Assembly: GCA_013041975.1 (NCBI GenBank) | Contig: JABDQZ010000065.1 | Span: 1-40,017 of the forward strand | Length of the DNA: 40,017 nt | Reading direction: 5' to 3' | DNA from: Gammaproteobacteria bacterium | GTDB lineage: Bacteria; Pseudomonadota; Gammaproteobacteria; Chromatiales; Chromatiaceae | In this document: positions 28,944 to 37,686 of the stretch, one piece after another | Layout: each line of letters starts with the position of its first letter | Numbering within the stretch: the first letter of the stretch is position 1 | Made by a program: the position numbers and the translations under genes | The notes under the pieces: generated by a model | The model's input: the letters and a program-made list of their open reading frames with translations, nothing else | Told to the model about the DNA's origin: nothing | The model's database searches: none

Positions 28944-29380
28944 GGGTTTTCCTCCTCCGCACCGGCGGTATCAATGACTTCATAGTCATGGGTAATATCA
29001 GCCGCCTTGGCCAGCATCAACGAAGCTGAACAGAACTTTTCCGCACTAAGCTTCACCGCACGGGATACCACCTTGTCAGTCAGCCCCGGACCACTCACCT
29101 TGAAATGCACATGAATTTTGGTGAAAACCTTGGGGTCTTTTTCTGCACGCTCTGCTTCAATTTCTACTTCACAACCTGCAACTTCATTGCGGCCTCTTGT
29201 CAAAATGTGAACTACGTCAAATTCTGTACACCCACCAAGTCCCAATAACAACATTTCCATGGGACGCGGGCCCATATCTCGTCCACCATATTCAGGTGCG
29301 CCATCCATTGTGACTCTGTGACCGCTACCGGCTTCACCCACCATCATGGCACCATCAACCCATTTAACGCGTGCTTTCAT
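28940..29380 (-). CDS. OsmC/YhfA-family protein
   Basis: The 146-aa ORF has the two family Cys (LGLGGCTEFDV and EKFCSAS). It is divergent from crp, as yhfA is in E. coli. Confidence 0.8.
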   Translation of the reverse strand: MKARVKWVDGAMMVGEAGSGHRVTMDGAPEYGGRDMGPRPMEMLLLGLGGCTEFDVVHILTRGRNEVAGCEVEIEAERAEKDPKVFTKIHVHFKVSGPGLTDKVVSRAVKLSAEKFCSASLMLAKAADITHDYEVIDTAGAEEENP

Positions 29381-29469
29381 ATCAAATCCTGAATTTTTCT
29401 TATGTTTAAGTATAGTTTAACGTCTGACCACCACTTATACTGTGGTTAGCAAACAAGGATCAGCCAGAA

Positions 29470-30123
29470 ATGTCGATAGTACAACCGCCACAACCCGAGC
29501 CACCTTACCTGAAACCCTTTCTGGCGCATTGCCATCGACGTAAATATCCGGCACGCACAGAATTCATTCACCCGGGCGATCCGGCAGACAGTCTGTATTA
29601 TCTCATCGATGGCTCGGTAACGGTACTGATGGAAGATGAAGAAGGCCATGAAATTATTCTGACTTACCTGAATAAAGGAGTGTTTATTGGTGAAATGGGG
29701 CTGTTCATGGCCCAGCCCGAACGTACGGTGATGGTACGTTCAAGGACCCCCTGTGAACTCGGTGAAATCTCTTATAGCAAGCTTAATCAGCTGTTTGAAA
29801 CTGACCTTGCACCTTATATGCAGGATATTTATTATGCTTTGGGCAAACAACTAACCGAGCGCTTAAAAAACACCAACCAGAAAGTTGGGCACCTGGCTTT
29901 TCTTGATGTTACGGGGCGCATCGCGGGCACCCTGCTTGAATTATGTAAGCAGCCTGATGCCATGACCCACCCCGATGGTATGCAGATTAAAATTACCCGA
30001 CAGGAAATCGGCCGTATTGTTGGTTGCTCGCGTGAAATGGCAGGTCGCGTATTAAAAAATATTGAAGAGCAGGGGCTGATTGACGTTCACGGTAAAACCA
30101 TTGTCGTTTTTGGAACGCGTTAA
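29470..30123 (+). CDS. crp: cAMP receptor protein family global regulator (Crp/Vfr)
   Basis: The 217-aa ORF has a cNMP-binding domain ([37 protein letters not shown]). Its C-terminal HTH is [41 protein letters not shown]. Confidence 0.9.
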   Translation: MSIVQPPQPEPPYLKPFLAHCHRRKYPARTEFIHPGDPADSLYYLIDGSVTVLMEDEEGHEIILTYLNKGVFIGEMGLFMAQPERTVMVRSRTPCELGEISYSKLNQLFETDLAPYMQDIYYALGKQLTERLKNTNQKVGHLAFLDVTGRIAGTLLELCKQPDAMTHPDGMQIKITRQEIGRIVGCSREMAGRVLKNIEEQGLIDVHGKTIVVFGTR

Positions 30124-30917
30124 CCAAAAAGCTCAGACAATTTTTCCCCGGGCTCATCAGCTCGCATAAAAGCTTCTCCGACCAGAAAGGCATCGACGTT
30201 ATTATCTCGCATCAGCTTCACATCTTCTTTGCTGTGAATACCGCTTTCAGTCACCACGATTGATTGTTGCGGAATCTGCTCCAGCATTTTTAACGTCGTA
30301 TCAAGACTGACCTCAAAAGTTCTCAGGTTACGGTTGTTAATACCGATCAAGCGGTTATTCAATTTCAGTGCACGTTGTAATTCATCCTCATCATGCACCT
30401 CGACCGGCACATCCATGCCCAGTTCATGCGCCAGGTCGTTAAGGGTTTTCATCTGCTCATCCTCAAGGCAGGCAACGATCAGCAATATACAATCTGCGCC
30501 GATCGCCCTGGCTTCGTAAACCTGGTAGGTATCAATAATAAAGTCCTTACGGATCACCGGTAACGAACAGGCGGCCCTGGCCTCTTGAAGGTATTCGTCA
30601 CTTCCCTGAAAAAAATCCTCATCAGTCAGCACTGACAAACAGGCTGCTCCACCCTTTTGGTAGGAACGGGCAATATCAGCTGGACGAAAGTCTTCACGCA
30701 ACACACCTTTTGAGGGGGAGGCTTTTTTTATTTCGGAAATCACTCCCGCCTTTCCTGCATCGATTTTTGCCACAATAGCATCAACAAAACCACGCGGTGT
30801 ATCAGCAGTTTTCAGTTTTTCTCGCAGACCTGCTGCGGTGATACATTCTTTTCTGGCTGCTATCTCTTCGAGTTTACGATTGACTATCTTTTTAAGGATA
30901 TCAGGGGTGTTTGCCAT
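30120..30917 (-). CDS. trpC: Indole-3-glycerol-phosphate synthase
   Basis: The 265-aa ORF carries [46 protein letters not shown] and ESGI. Its 3' end overlaps the crp stop by 4 nt. Confidence 0.93.
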   Translation of the reverse strand: MANTPDILKKIVNRKLEEIAARKECITAAGLREKLKTADTPRGFVDAIVAKIDAGKAGVISEIKKASPSKGVLREDFRPADIARSYQKGGAACLSVLTDEDFFQGSDEYLQEARAACSLPVIRKDFIIDTYQVYEARAIGADCILLIVACLEDEQMKTLNDLAHELGMDVPVEVHDEDELQRALKLNNRLIGINNRNLRTFEVSLDTTLKMLEQIPQQSIVVTESGIHSKEDVKLMRDNNVDAFLVGEAFMRADEPGEKLSELFG

Positions 30918-30981
30918 TGTTTTTCCGGCGCTAAATTTGAGATTAAGATTGAAGCATTATACTCTAATATGCCCCGAGCAA

Positions 30982-31037
30982 AGCAGGTTCCAGTACTCAT
31001 TTAATGAGACTTCTGTAAATGAGTACTGGAACCTGCT
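30982..31037. repeat. 22-bp perfect inverted repeat with a 12-nt loop
   Basis: AGCAGGTTCCAGTACTCATTTA at 30982-31003 has its exact reverse complement at 31016-31037. It lies in the divergent spacer between trpC and the CoA-binding-protein gene. Neither side has a U-tract. Confidence 0.85.
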
Positions 31038-31105
31038 CGCAATTTCTGTGGGAAGCAGGTGTTATATAAAAACCTGAAAAACAGATACGAACCGGAACCC
31101 AAAAC

Positions 31106-31480
31106 ATGTCAAATATCGAACATCATGTAGTTGTACTTGGAGCAACACCCAAACCAGGCCGTTTTGCCCACCAGGCTGTACTACTTTTAAAAAAGCATGA
31201 ATACAAAATTACTCCCGTTCATCCGCGTTTTGAAGAAATCGAAGGAATAAGCGCAGTAAAATATTTGAGTGAGATTAACGACCCTGTTCAAACGCTGACT
31301 CTGTATGTCGGTGCAAGCAAGCTCGACAACATGGTTGACGAGGTTCTTGATTTAAACCCCCAAAGAGTCATCTTCAATCCCGGTACCGAATCACGTGCTT
31401 TACAAAAAGCCTTGTCTGGAAAAAACATCCAGTGGGTCGAAGACTGCACACTGGTGATGCTCAACTCCGGAACCTTCTGA
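31106..31480 (+). CDS. CoA-binding domain protein (YccU/YneT-like)
   Basis: The 124-aa ORF carries VVVLGATPKPGRFAHQAVLLLKKHEYKITPVHP, and its overall size matches the single-domain CoA-binding family. The stop lies 1 nt before the greB ATG. Confidence 0.7.
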   Translation: MSNIEHHVVVLGATPKPGRFAHQAVLLLKKHEYKITPVHPRFEEIEGISAVKYLSEINDPVQTLTLYVGASKLDNMVDEVLDLNPQRVIFNPGTESRALQKALSGKNIQWVEDCTLVMLNSGTF

Positions 31481-31481
31481 A

Positions 31482-31985
31482 ATGGGGCGCTATCGTCCAC
31501 CGGCAGCACCGAAATCCCCCTATATCACCCGGCAGGGCTACGATAGCCTTTCACAGGAACAGAATGATTTATGGAAAAAGCGCAAGGAAGTGGTCAAGGC
31601 ATTAGCAGCCGCGGCGGCCGAAGGGGATCGTTCGGAAAATGCTGAATATATTTACCGCAAAAAACAGTTACGCGAAATTGACAGGCGCATTCGTTACCTT
31701 CAAAAACGCCTGCCTGATCTGAAAGTCGTCGAAACCCTTCCAGATAACCCCGCACAGATTTTCTTTGGCGCACAGGTAACACTGGAAAATGATGATGGCG
31801 AAGAAATTCAGTATCGGATTGTCGGACCGGATGAGTTTGATCCTGCCAGAAACTACATCAGTATGGATTCACCGGTAGCCAGGGCCTTGATGAAAAAGTG
31901 CATTGATGATGATGTCAGCGTCAATACACCCGGCGGACAAATCAATTATCTTGTCGTTAATGTCAGCTATCAAAGCTCTGACTGA
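31482..31985 (+). CDS. greB: Transcription elongation factor GreB
   Basis: The 167-aa ORF is colinear with E. coli GreB from memory ([71 protein letters not shown]). Confidence 0.88.
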   Translation: MGRYRPPAAPKSPYITRQGYDSLSQEQNDLWKKRKEVVKALAAAAAEGDRSENAEYIYRKKQLREIDRRIRYLQKRLPDLKVVETLPDNPAQIFFGAQVTLENDDGEEIQYRIVGPDEFDPARNYISMDSPVARALMKKCIDDDVSVNTPGGQINYLVVNVSYQSSD

Positions 31986-32985
31986 CGACAATCAGCTGAT
32001 CCAGACAGTTTCTGGCATCACCACTCCATATCACTTCTGCTGCTTTCTCAACACCAGCTTTTAATGTATCTGCAATGCCGGAAGCATAAATCGCTGCGCC
32101 GGCATTCATAATGACAATATCACGTGCCGGGCCTGGTTGATCTTCCAGCAGATTGCGAATGATATCCAGACTATGCGCTGCATCATCGGCCTTGATTTGA
32201 GTGATAGGCGTGCGCTCCAGACCAAAGTCTTCCGGCTGAATACTGTAACGCCTGATCTGTCCGTCTTTTAATTCAGCCACTTCGGTTTTATCACCAATAC
32301 TGATCTCGTCCAGACCATCGCAAGCATGCACAACCAGCACGTGACGACTACCCAGTTTCTGTAATACACTGGCCATGGGTTCCAGCAGTTCATCACTGAA
32401 CACACCTAACACCTGGTTTGGAGCTGAGGCCGGATTGGTCAATGGACCAAGCACATTGAAAACCGTTCTTGCTGCCATTTCCTTACGTGGGCCGATGGCA
32501 TGTTTCATCGCACCATGATGTGCTGGAGCAAACATAAAGCCAACACCAACTTTATTGATGCATTCAGCAACCTGTTCAGGTTTAAGGTTAAGGTTTACAC
32601 CAGCCGCTTCCAGTACGTCGGCTGAACCGGATTTTGATGAGACCGAACGGTTACCATGCTTGGCAACCTTGGCACCTGCTGCTGCAACCACAAATGCCGA
32701 GGCGGTAGAGATATTGAAGGTACCTGAAGCATCACCACCTGTACCACAGGTATCAACCAGGTGCTCGGAACTGACATCAACCTTTGCCGCCAGATCGCGC
32801 ATGACGGCAGCTGCCGCTGCGATTTCATTGACAGTCTCGCCCTTCATACGCAAGCCGATCAGGAAACCACCGATCTGGGCATCCGTTGCACCACCGGTCA
32901 TGATGGTCTGCATGACAGACTGCATTTCCTCTTCGGAAAGGTCTTTTCGTTGCAGTACTGCATTTATCGCCTGTGGTAATTCCAT
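31963..32985 (-). CDS. trpD: Anthranilate phosphoribosyltransferase
   Basis: The 340-aa ORF carries [38 protein letters not shown] and [11 protein letters not shown]. Its 3' end overlaps greB by 23 nt. Confidence 0.95.
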   Translation of the reverse strand: MELPQAINAVLQRKDLSEEEMQSVMQTIMTGGATDAQIGGFLIGLRMKGETVNEIAAAAAVMRDLAAKVDVSSEHLVDTCGTGGDASGTFNISTASAFVVAAAGAKVAKHGNRSVSSKSGSADVLEAAGVNLNLKPEQVAECINKVGVGFMFAPAHHGAMKHAIGPRKEMAARTVFNVLGPLTNPASAPNQVLGVFSDELLEPMASVLQKLGSRHVLVVHACDGLDEISIGDKTEVAELKDGQIRRYSIQPEDFGLERTPITQIKADDAAHSLDIIRNLLEDQPGPARDIVIMNAGAAIYASGIADTLKAGVEKAAEVIWSGDARNCLDQLIVVSQSFDS

Positions 32986-33045
32986 TCTTCCCCCTAAATG
33001 AATATTCAGCTAATTAGCCTGCCTGCATTCGCACAATATCAGAAT

Positions 33046-33627
33046 TTATTTACCTTCAAGAAAATTTTTCAACATCTGGTGGCCGTGGTCGGTCAAAATT
33101 GACTCCGGGTGAAACTGCACACCCTGAATATCATATTCCTTATGACGAACACCCATGATTTCATCCACCTCACCATTCTCTTCCTGCGTCCAGGCCGTCA
33201 TCTCAAGACAATCCGGCATAGATGCTTTTTCAATCACCAGAGAATGGTAACGAGTGGCCTGAAACGGATTATCCAGTCCGGAAAACACGCCGGCATCTGC
33301 ATGATGAATCGGTGATGTTTTACCATGCATCACTTCAGCTGCATGCACAATTTTACCGCCAAAAGCCTGGCCAATGGACTGATGTCCAAGACAAACACCG
33401 AGCACCGGTATTTTTCCGGCAAACTCCAGAATGGCCTCGACGGAAACACCCGCTTCCATGGGCGTACAGGGCCCGGGGGATATCACCAGGTGATCTGGCT
33501 TCAGCGCTTTGATAGCTCCAATATCCAGCTCATCATTACGCACAACCTTCACGTCTGCATCCAGCTCACCGAAATACTGCACCAGGTTGTAGGTAAAGGA
33601 ATCGTAGTTATCAATCATCAACAACAT
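33046..33627 (-). CDS. trpG: Anthranilate synthase component II (glutamine amidotransferase)
   Basis: [19 protein letters not shown] matches the expected N-terminus. The catalytic Cys lies in [10 protein letters not shown], and the C-terminus has [11 protein letters not shown] 33627 lies 2 nt after the trpE stop with GGGAGAA upstream. The longer ORF-track start (33723) would overlap trpE and adds non-homologous residues. Confidence 0.9.
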   Translation of the reverse strand: MLLMIDNYDSFTYNLVQYFGELDADVKVVRNDELDIGAIKALKPDHLVISPGPCTPMEAGVSVEAILEFAGKIPVLGVCLGHQSIGQAFGGKIVHAAEVMHGKTSPIHHADAGVFSGLDNPFQATRYHSLVIEKASMPDCLEMTAWTQEENGEVDEIMGVRHKEYDIQGVQFHPESILTDHGHQMLKNFLEGK

Positions 33628-33629
33628 AA

Positions 33630-35123
33630 CTATTCTCCCTTGCAGCCATGAGCCGTCAAACCGGCCTCTGCCACGGCAACTGCGCGGAATACAGCCCGAC
33701 TCTTGTTCATGGTTTCTTTCCATTCAAGGTCTGGAATCGAGTCAGCGACAATACCGGCTCCTGCCTGCATATGTAATGTGCCATCCTTGATGACAGCTGT
33801 TCGAATCGCAATCGCGGTATCCATGTTGCCAGACCACGAGAGATAACCGACCGCACCGGAATAAATGCCCCGTTTAACCGGTTCCAGCTCATCAATGATT
33901 TCCATAGCCCTGATTTTTGGCGCACCGGAAACTGTACCTGCCGGAAAAGTAGCCCGCAGCACATCCATGGCGGACATGCCTTTCTTCAACTCGCCAATCA
34001 CATTGGAAACAATATGCATAACATGGGAATAGCGCTCAACCACCATTTTATCGGTGAGTTTAACGCTGCCAATTTCAGCCACTCTGCCCGTATCATTACG
34101 ACCCAGGTCAATCAGCATCAGATGTTCTGCCAGTTCTTTAGGATCTGCCAGCAACTCTTCTTCCATCGCCAGGTCTTCCTGTTCGGTATAACCACGTCGG
34201 CGCGTACCGGCAATTGGCCTGACGGTGACGGTATCATCCTCGAGACGAACCAGGATTTCCGGCGATGAACCGACAATCTGGAAATCATCCAGGTTCAGGA
34301 AATACATGTAGGGCGATGGATTCAGGCCACGCAGTGCACGATACAGGTCAAGCGGCCTTGAGGTATAAGGTATCGACAGACGCTGTGACAGTACGACCTG
34401 CATACAGTCGCCTTCAAGAATATATTCCTTAATGCGTTCTACTGCCTGCTTGAAACCTTGTTCGGTAAAGCCTGAAACAAAATCAGCCTCGTCCACCAGG
34501 CGGCATTCAACCTGGTCTATGCGCTCAAGTGGCTGATGCATCTGGTCAATAATATCATTCAGACGATTCTGGCAGGATTCAAAGGTATCACCTCTTTCAG
34601 GCTCGGCATGAACAACAACAAACATGCGACCACTGAGATTATCGAAAACAACGACTTCATCGGAAACCATCAACAAAATATCTGGTGCACCGATCAGATC
34701 TGGATTAGGGCAATTTTTCAGTTTTGGCTCAATATAACGAACCGTATCGTAACCAAAATACCCCACTAAACCTCCAAAAAATCGCGGTAAACCATCTAGT
34801 TCAGCCACATTGAACTGACTTTGCAGGGAATCAATAAATGAAATAGGGTCTTCGACCGACTCTTCGGATATTATTTTGCCATTTTCCGCTAAAACAACTG
34901 AACTCCCTGAAATCTTGTAAATTCTAGATGCAGGAAGCCCTATAATGGAGTATCTACCCCATTTTTCACCACCTTGAACCGATTCGAACAGGTATGAATA
35001 AGGGCCATCGGCCAGCTTGAGGTAAACGCTTAACGGCGTTTCGAGATCGGCCAGCACATCACAGACGACCGGGATACGGTTGTAACCTTGTGCAGCCAGA
35101 GTTTCAAATTGTTTGGAATCCAC
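33630..35123 (-). CDS. trpE: Anthranilate synthase component I
   Basis: The 497-aa ORF has a GTG start and carries [55 protein letters not shown] and [10 protein letters not shown]. Confidence 0.95.
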   Translation of the reverse strand: MDSKQFETLAAQGYNRIPVVCDVLADLETPLSVYLKLADGPYSYLFESVQGGEKWGRYSIIGLPASRIYKISGSSVVLAENGKIISEESVEDPISFIDSLQSQFNVAELDGLPRFFGGLVGYFGYDTVRYIEPKLKNCPNPDLIGAPDILLMVSDEVVVFDNLSGRMFVVVHAEPERGDTFESCQNRLNDIIDQMHQPLERIDQVECRLVDEADFVSGFTEQGFKQAVERIKEYILEGDCMQVVLSQRLSIPYTSRPLDLYRALRGLNPSPYMYFLNLDDFQIVGSSPEILVRLEDDTVTVRPIAGTRRRGYTEQEDLAMEEELLADPKELAEHLMLIDLGRNDTGRVAEIGSVKLTDKMVVERYSHVMHIVSNVIGELKKGMSAMDVLRATFPAGTVSGAPKIRAMEIIDELEPVKRGIYSGAVGYLSWSGNMDTAIAIRTAVIKDGTLHMQAGAGIVADSIPDLEWKETMNKSRAVFRAVAVAEAGLTAHGCKGE

Positions 35124-35295
35124 GAGAGACTATCTCCACAAATCAGGTAAAAAGATGGGTTCAGGCACAAACTAGCCCGCAACGCCATCGATTTGACGCG
35201 ATCTTACCTGCAATGAGATCTCGCATATTCATACCGAAAGCTTAACGCGTAATAAAAAATAATGGAACGGAAAAAGCCGTATAAATGGGCATAAC

Positions 35296-35325
35296 TTGAC
35301 TTATATTAGAATTTGATAATATAAT
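35296..35325 (+). promoter_or_regulatory. Predicted sigma70 promoter for the 35354 orphan gene
   Basis: TTGACT (35296-35301), an 18-nt spacer and TATAAT (35320-25) give 5/6 and 6/6 matches to consensus. GGAGA SD (35342-46) and ATG 35354 follow. Confidence 0.45.
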
Positions 35326-35340
35326 TGATAAAAATCAATT
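35323..35340. promoter_or_regulatory. Palindrome AATTGAT-N4-ATCAATT overlapping the predicted -10/+1 (candidate operator)
   Basis: This is a 7-4-7 perfect palindrome. A third TTGATA half-site lies at 35313-35318. It sits in the trpE / orphan-gene divergent spacer. Confidence 0.3.
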
Positions 35341-35353
35341 TGGAGATAGTGCC

Positions 35354-35695
35354 ATGAAAGTCCTGATTGCCCTGCTCGCACTACTGCTGATCAACCCGGT
35401 ATCAGCAGAAACCTCCTTAAGCTATCACCAACTTGGGGCGTTGAAAGTCCGGCTGGAAAACGCTGCGCGACAGTTCCTGAGAAACTCCAGTGAAGCCGAA
35501 GTTGAGTTCAGATATGAACAGAGGCAGTCTCTTGAGCGGCGCAACTTCATTAGCAATCATCGCCTGCACAACGGAAAACTGGAACAGGTTTACTGCTACA
35601 GGATTATCTATCGGAAAACAGCGGACGGACGGTTACAATATGAGATCGAGTCTCGCACTGCAATCAATGGCAAATTAGAGAAACTCAGAGTTTAA
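35354..35695 (+). CDS. Hypothetical secreted protein (no family recognised)
   Basis: The 113-aa ORF has a good SD and a clear signal peptide MKVLIALLALLLINPVSA/ETS. The mature part is charged and predicted beta-rich (KLEQVYCYRIIYRKTADGRLQYEIESR). Confidence 0.6.
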   Translation: MKVLIALLALLLINPVSAETSLSYHQLGALKVRLENAARQFLRNSSEAEVEFRYEQRQSLERRNFISNHRLHNGKLEQVYCYRIIYRKTADGRLQYEIESRTAINGKLEKLRV

Positions 35696-36100
35696 CTATT
35701 CACCGCCCAACGCAAAGTCTCTTCTTGCAGCAACAATCGAAACGGTAAATCCTGCAATGACATCTATCAGCGACATAAGTCCCAGAATAAAGAAAGTAGA
35801 CGTTCCACAGTCCTTAACCACCAGAAATTCGATCAGAAACAGAACAAAAACCACCATAGACAAGCTGTGGTCTATGACTGAAGAAACCCCGGTTCTTGTC
35901 GATTTGAATACCTCGATGTACAGAACAATCACCCCGAGTATGATATAGAGATCACTGACCGTGAAGGACCACTGGGCTCCGGATACCAGTCCTACTGAAT
36001 ACACCTCGGCTGCCAGTTTAGCATTGATATCACCGGTCAACATGGTGATGTTGTAGGCTACCAGTAATACGACAAACAGGGGAATTGCACGAAAAAACAT
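35696..36100 (-). CDS. Hypothetical small integral membrane protein (4 predicted TM helices)
   Basis: The 134-aa ORF has an AGGA about 8 nt upstream of the ATG. It has four hydrophobic stretches (AIPLFVVLLVAYNITML, LYIILGVIVLYIEVF, SLSMVVFVLFLIEFLVV, FFILGLMSLIDVIAGFTVSIV). Its stop abuts the stop of the 35354 gene. Confidence 0.6.
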   Translation of the reverse strand: MFFRAIPLFVVLLVAYNITMLTGDINAKLAAEVYSVGLVSGAQWSFTVSDLYIILGVIVLYIEVFKSTRTGVSSVIDHSLSMVVFVLFLIEFLVVKDCGTSTFFILGLMSLIDVIAGFTVSIVAARRDFALGGE

Positions 36101-36153
36101 TAGATTATCCTGTGGAAAACTTATTTACAGGCATATTAACGTTTAATGCCCGG

Positions 36154-36819
36154 TTAGAGAACCTCTTTCAGTTCTGCCATGGAATCAATCACCAGGTCGG
36201 GATTGTAGCTACGGATATCCTCGCCATGATTGTAGCCGTAGCTCATACAGATAATCTGAAAACCTGCAGCTCTTGCCGCTTTGACATCACTTTGCGAATC
36301 ACCCAGCATCAACGAATCACCCGCAGTCACACCCAGTTTTTCGGCAGCATGCAGCAATGGCTGTGGATCAGGCTTTTTCACTGGCAAGGTGTCGCCGGAA
36401 ACGACGATGCCAAAAGCGTCACGAATGCCAAGTTGCTCCAGAATTGGCAAAGTGAACTGTTCGGCCTTGTTGGTCACACAGCCGAGTTTGTAGCCCTGTG
36501 ACTGCATGTAGGCAATACCTTCTTCAACTCCGGGGTAGAGAACAGAGCGCTTGCAGGTGTTTTCAGCATAGAGATCCAGAAATACCGGATAGGCCTGTTC
36601 AAAAGAGGCATCATCCGGTTCTCCGTCGAGCTGTCCGATAAGGGCACGGCGCACCAGCCGCTCAACACCATTACCAACCCAGTCTCTGACTTTGGTTTCA
36701 CCATGGGTTTCACGCCCAATGGTCTTCATCATTTCATCAACGCACCAGGCCAGGTCAGGTACGCTGTCAACGAGTGTGCCATCAACATCGATAAGCACCA
36801 TTTTTGGTTTCTTGATCAT
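36154..36819 (-). CDS. gph: Phosphoglycolate phosphatase (HAD superfamily)
   Basis: The 221-aa ORF carries HAD motif I LIDVDGTLVDS, motif II CVTNK and motif III/IV KKPDP..MLGDSQSDVKAA. Its position between rpe and trpE matches Pseudomonas. The start (36819 vs the Met 6 codons in) is uncertain. Confidence 0.85.
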   Translation of the reverse strand: MIKKPKMVLIDVDGTLVDSVPDLAWCVDEMMKTIGRETHGETKVRDWVGNGVERLVRRALIGQLDGEPDDASFEQAYPVFLDLYAENTCKRSVLYPGVEEGIAYMQSQGYKLGCVTNKAEQFTLPILEQLGIRDAFGIVVSGDTLPVKKPDPQPLLHAAEKLGVTAGDSLMLGDSQSDVKAARAAGFQIICMSYGYNHGEDIRSYNPDLVIDSMAELKEVL

Positions 36820-36836
36820 AACTACGTATTTTGCAT

Positions 36837-36871
36837 AAAAAACGGGCTTACCATTCAGTAAGCCCGTTTTT
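36837..36871 (-). terminator. Intrinsic-terminator-like hairpin between rpe and gph (symmetric, A-run/T-run flanked)
   Basis: ACGGGCTTAC (36842-51) pairs with GTAAGCCCGT (36858-67) around a 6-nt loop. A5-6 lies on one side and T5 on the other. On the minus-strand RNA the stem is followed by UUUUUAU. Confidence 0.7.
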
Positions 36872-36912
36872 AAATGAGTTTTCAGATTTGAAAAATGGCC
36901 TTGCTTAAGGGG

Positions 36913-37602
36913 TTATACCTTTGCCATTTCATCGCGCATTTTCTGAATGATACTGTCATATTTGTTGGCATCATCTTCATTGCGACCACCGAAAATACCT
37001 GACCCGGAAACAAAGGTATCAGCGCCTGCGGCCTTGATTTCACCAATGTTATCAGCTTTTACGCCGCCATCAATTTCCAGGCGGATATCCAGTCCGGAAT
37101 CATCGATAATCTTGCGCGCCTGACGCAGCTTGTCCATGGTTGCAGGTATAAAGCTCTGACCGCCGAAACCGGGGTTTACGGACATCAGCAGCACCATATC
37201 TATTTTGTCCAGAACATAGTCCAGGTGGGACAATGGCGTGGCAGGGTTAAAAACCAGGCCGGCTTTACAGCCTTCAGCTTTGATCAGCTGCAGCGTACGA
37301 TCGATATGACCCGAAGCTTCCGGGTGGAAGGTGATGTAGCTCGCTCCAGCCTGGGCAAAATCACCCACGATACGATCAACCGGGCTGACCATCAAATGCA
37401 CATCAATATCTGCGGTAATGCCATGCTTTCGCAGGGCATCACAAACCAGAGGACCAATGGTCAGGTTGGGCACGTAATGATTATCCATCACGTCAAAATG
37501 AATGATATCGGCACCTGAGGCCAAAACATTGTCACATTCTTCACCCAGCATGGCGAAGTCGGCTGAAAGGATGGATGGTGCAATCAGATCGTCTGAAGCC
37601 AT
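36913..37602 (-). CDS. rpe: Ribulose-phosphate 3-epimerase
   Basis: [47 protein letters not shown] and EIDGG are present. AGGAG sits directly against ATG 37608, so ATG 37602 ([10 protein letters not shown]) is the better-spaced start. Confidence 0.93.
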   Translation of the reverse strand: MASDDLIAPSILSADFAMLGEECDNVLASGADIIHFDVMDNHYVPNLTIGPLVCDALRKHGITADIDVHLMVSPVDRIVGDFAQAGASYITFHPEASGHIDRTLQLIKAEGCKAGLVFNPATPLSHLDYVLDKIDMVLLMSVNPGFGGQSFIPATMDKLRQARKIIDDSGLDIRLEIDGGVKADNIGEIKAAGADTFVSGSGIFGGRNEDDANKYDSIIQKMRDEMAKV

Positions 37603-37686
37603 GGTCATCTCCTGATATAATGCTAAAGAATTCGAGAGGGCGACTGTACATCAAGCAAATATTTTTTTCAGCAATCAGGATCAATA

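Noticed and set aside
29441-29456. Possible Crp/Vfr autoregulatory site TGTGG-N6-AACAA in the osmC-like/crp spacer.
   Set aside because: The second half-site matches TCACA at only about 2 of 5 positions, which is no better than chance.
33628-33723. A 32-codon N-terminal extension of trpG given by the ORF track.
   Set aside because: The extension overlaps the trpE 3' end and has non-homologous, Arg/Gly-rich sequence. ATG 33627, with GGGAGAA upstream, gives the canonical [14 protein letters not shown] start.
35161-35232. Candidate trp leader peptide (MNMRDLIAGKIASNRWRCGLVCA) and attenuator upstream of trpE.
   Set aside because: It has only one Trp codon and no tandem Trp. There is no SD, and no convincing terminator/antiterminator pair follows; the only stems are 3-4 bp before short U-runs.
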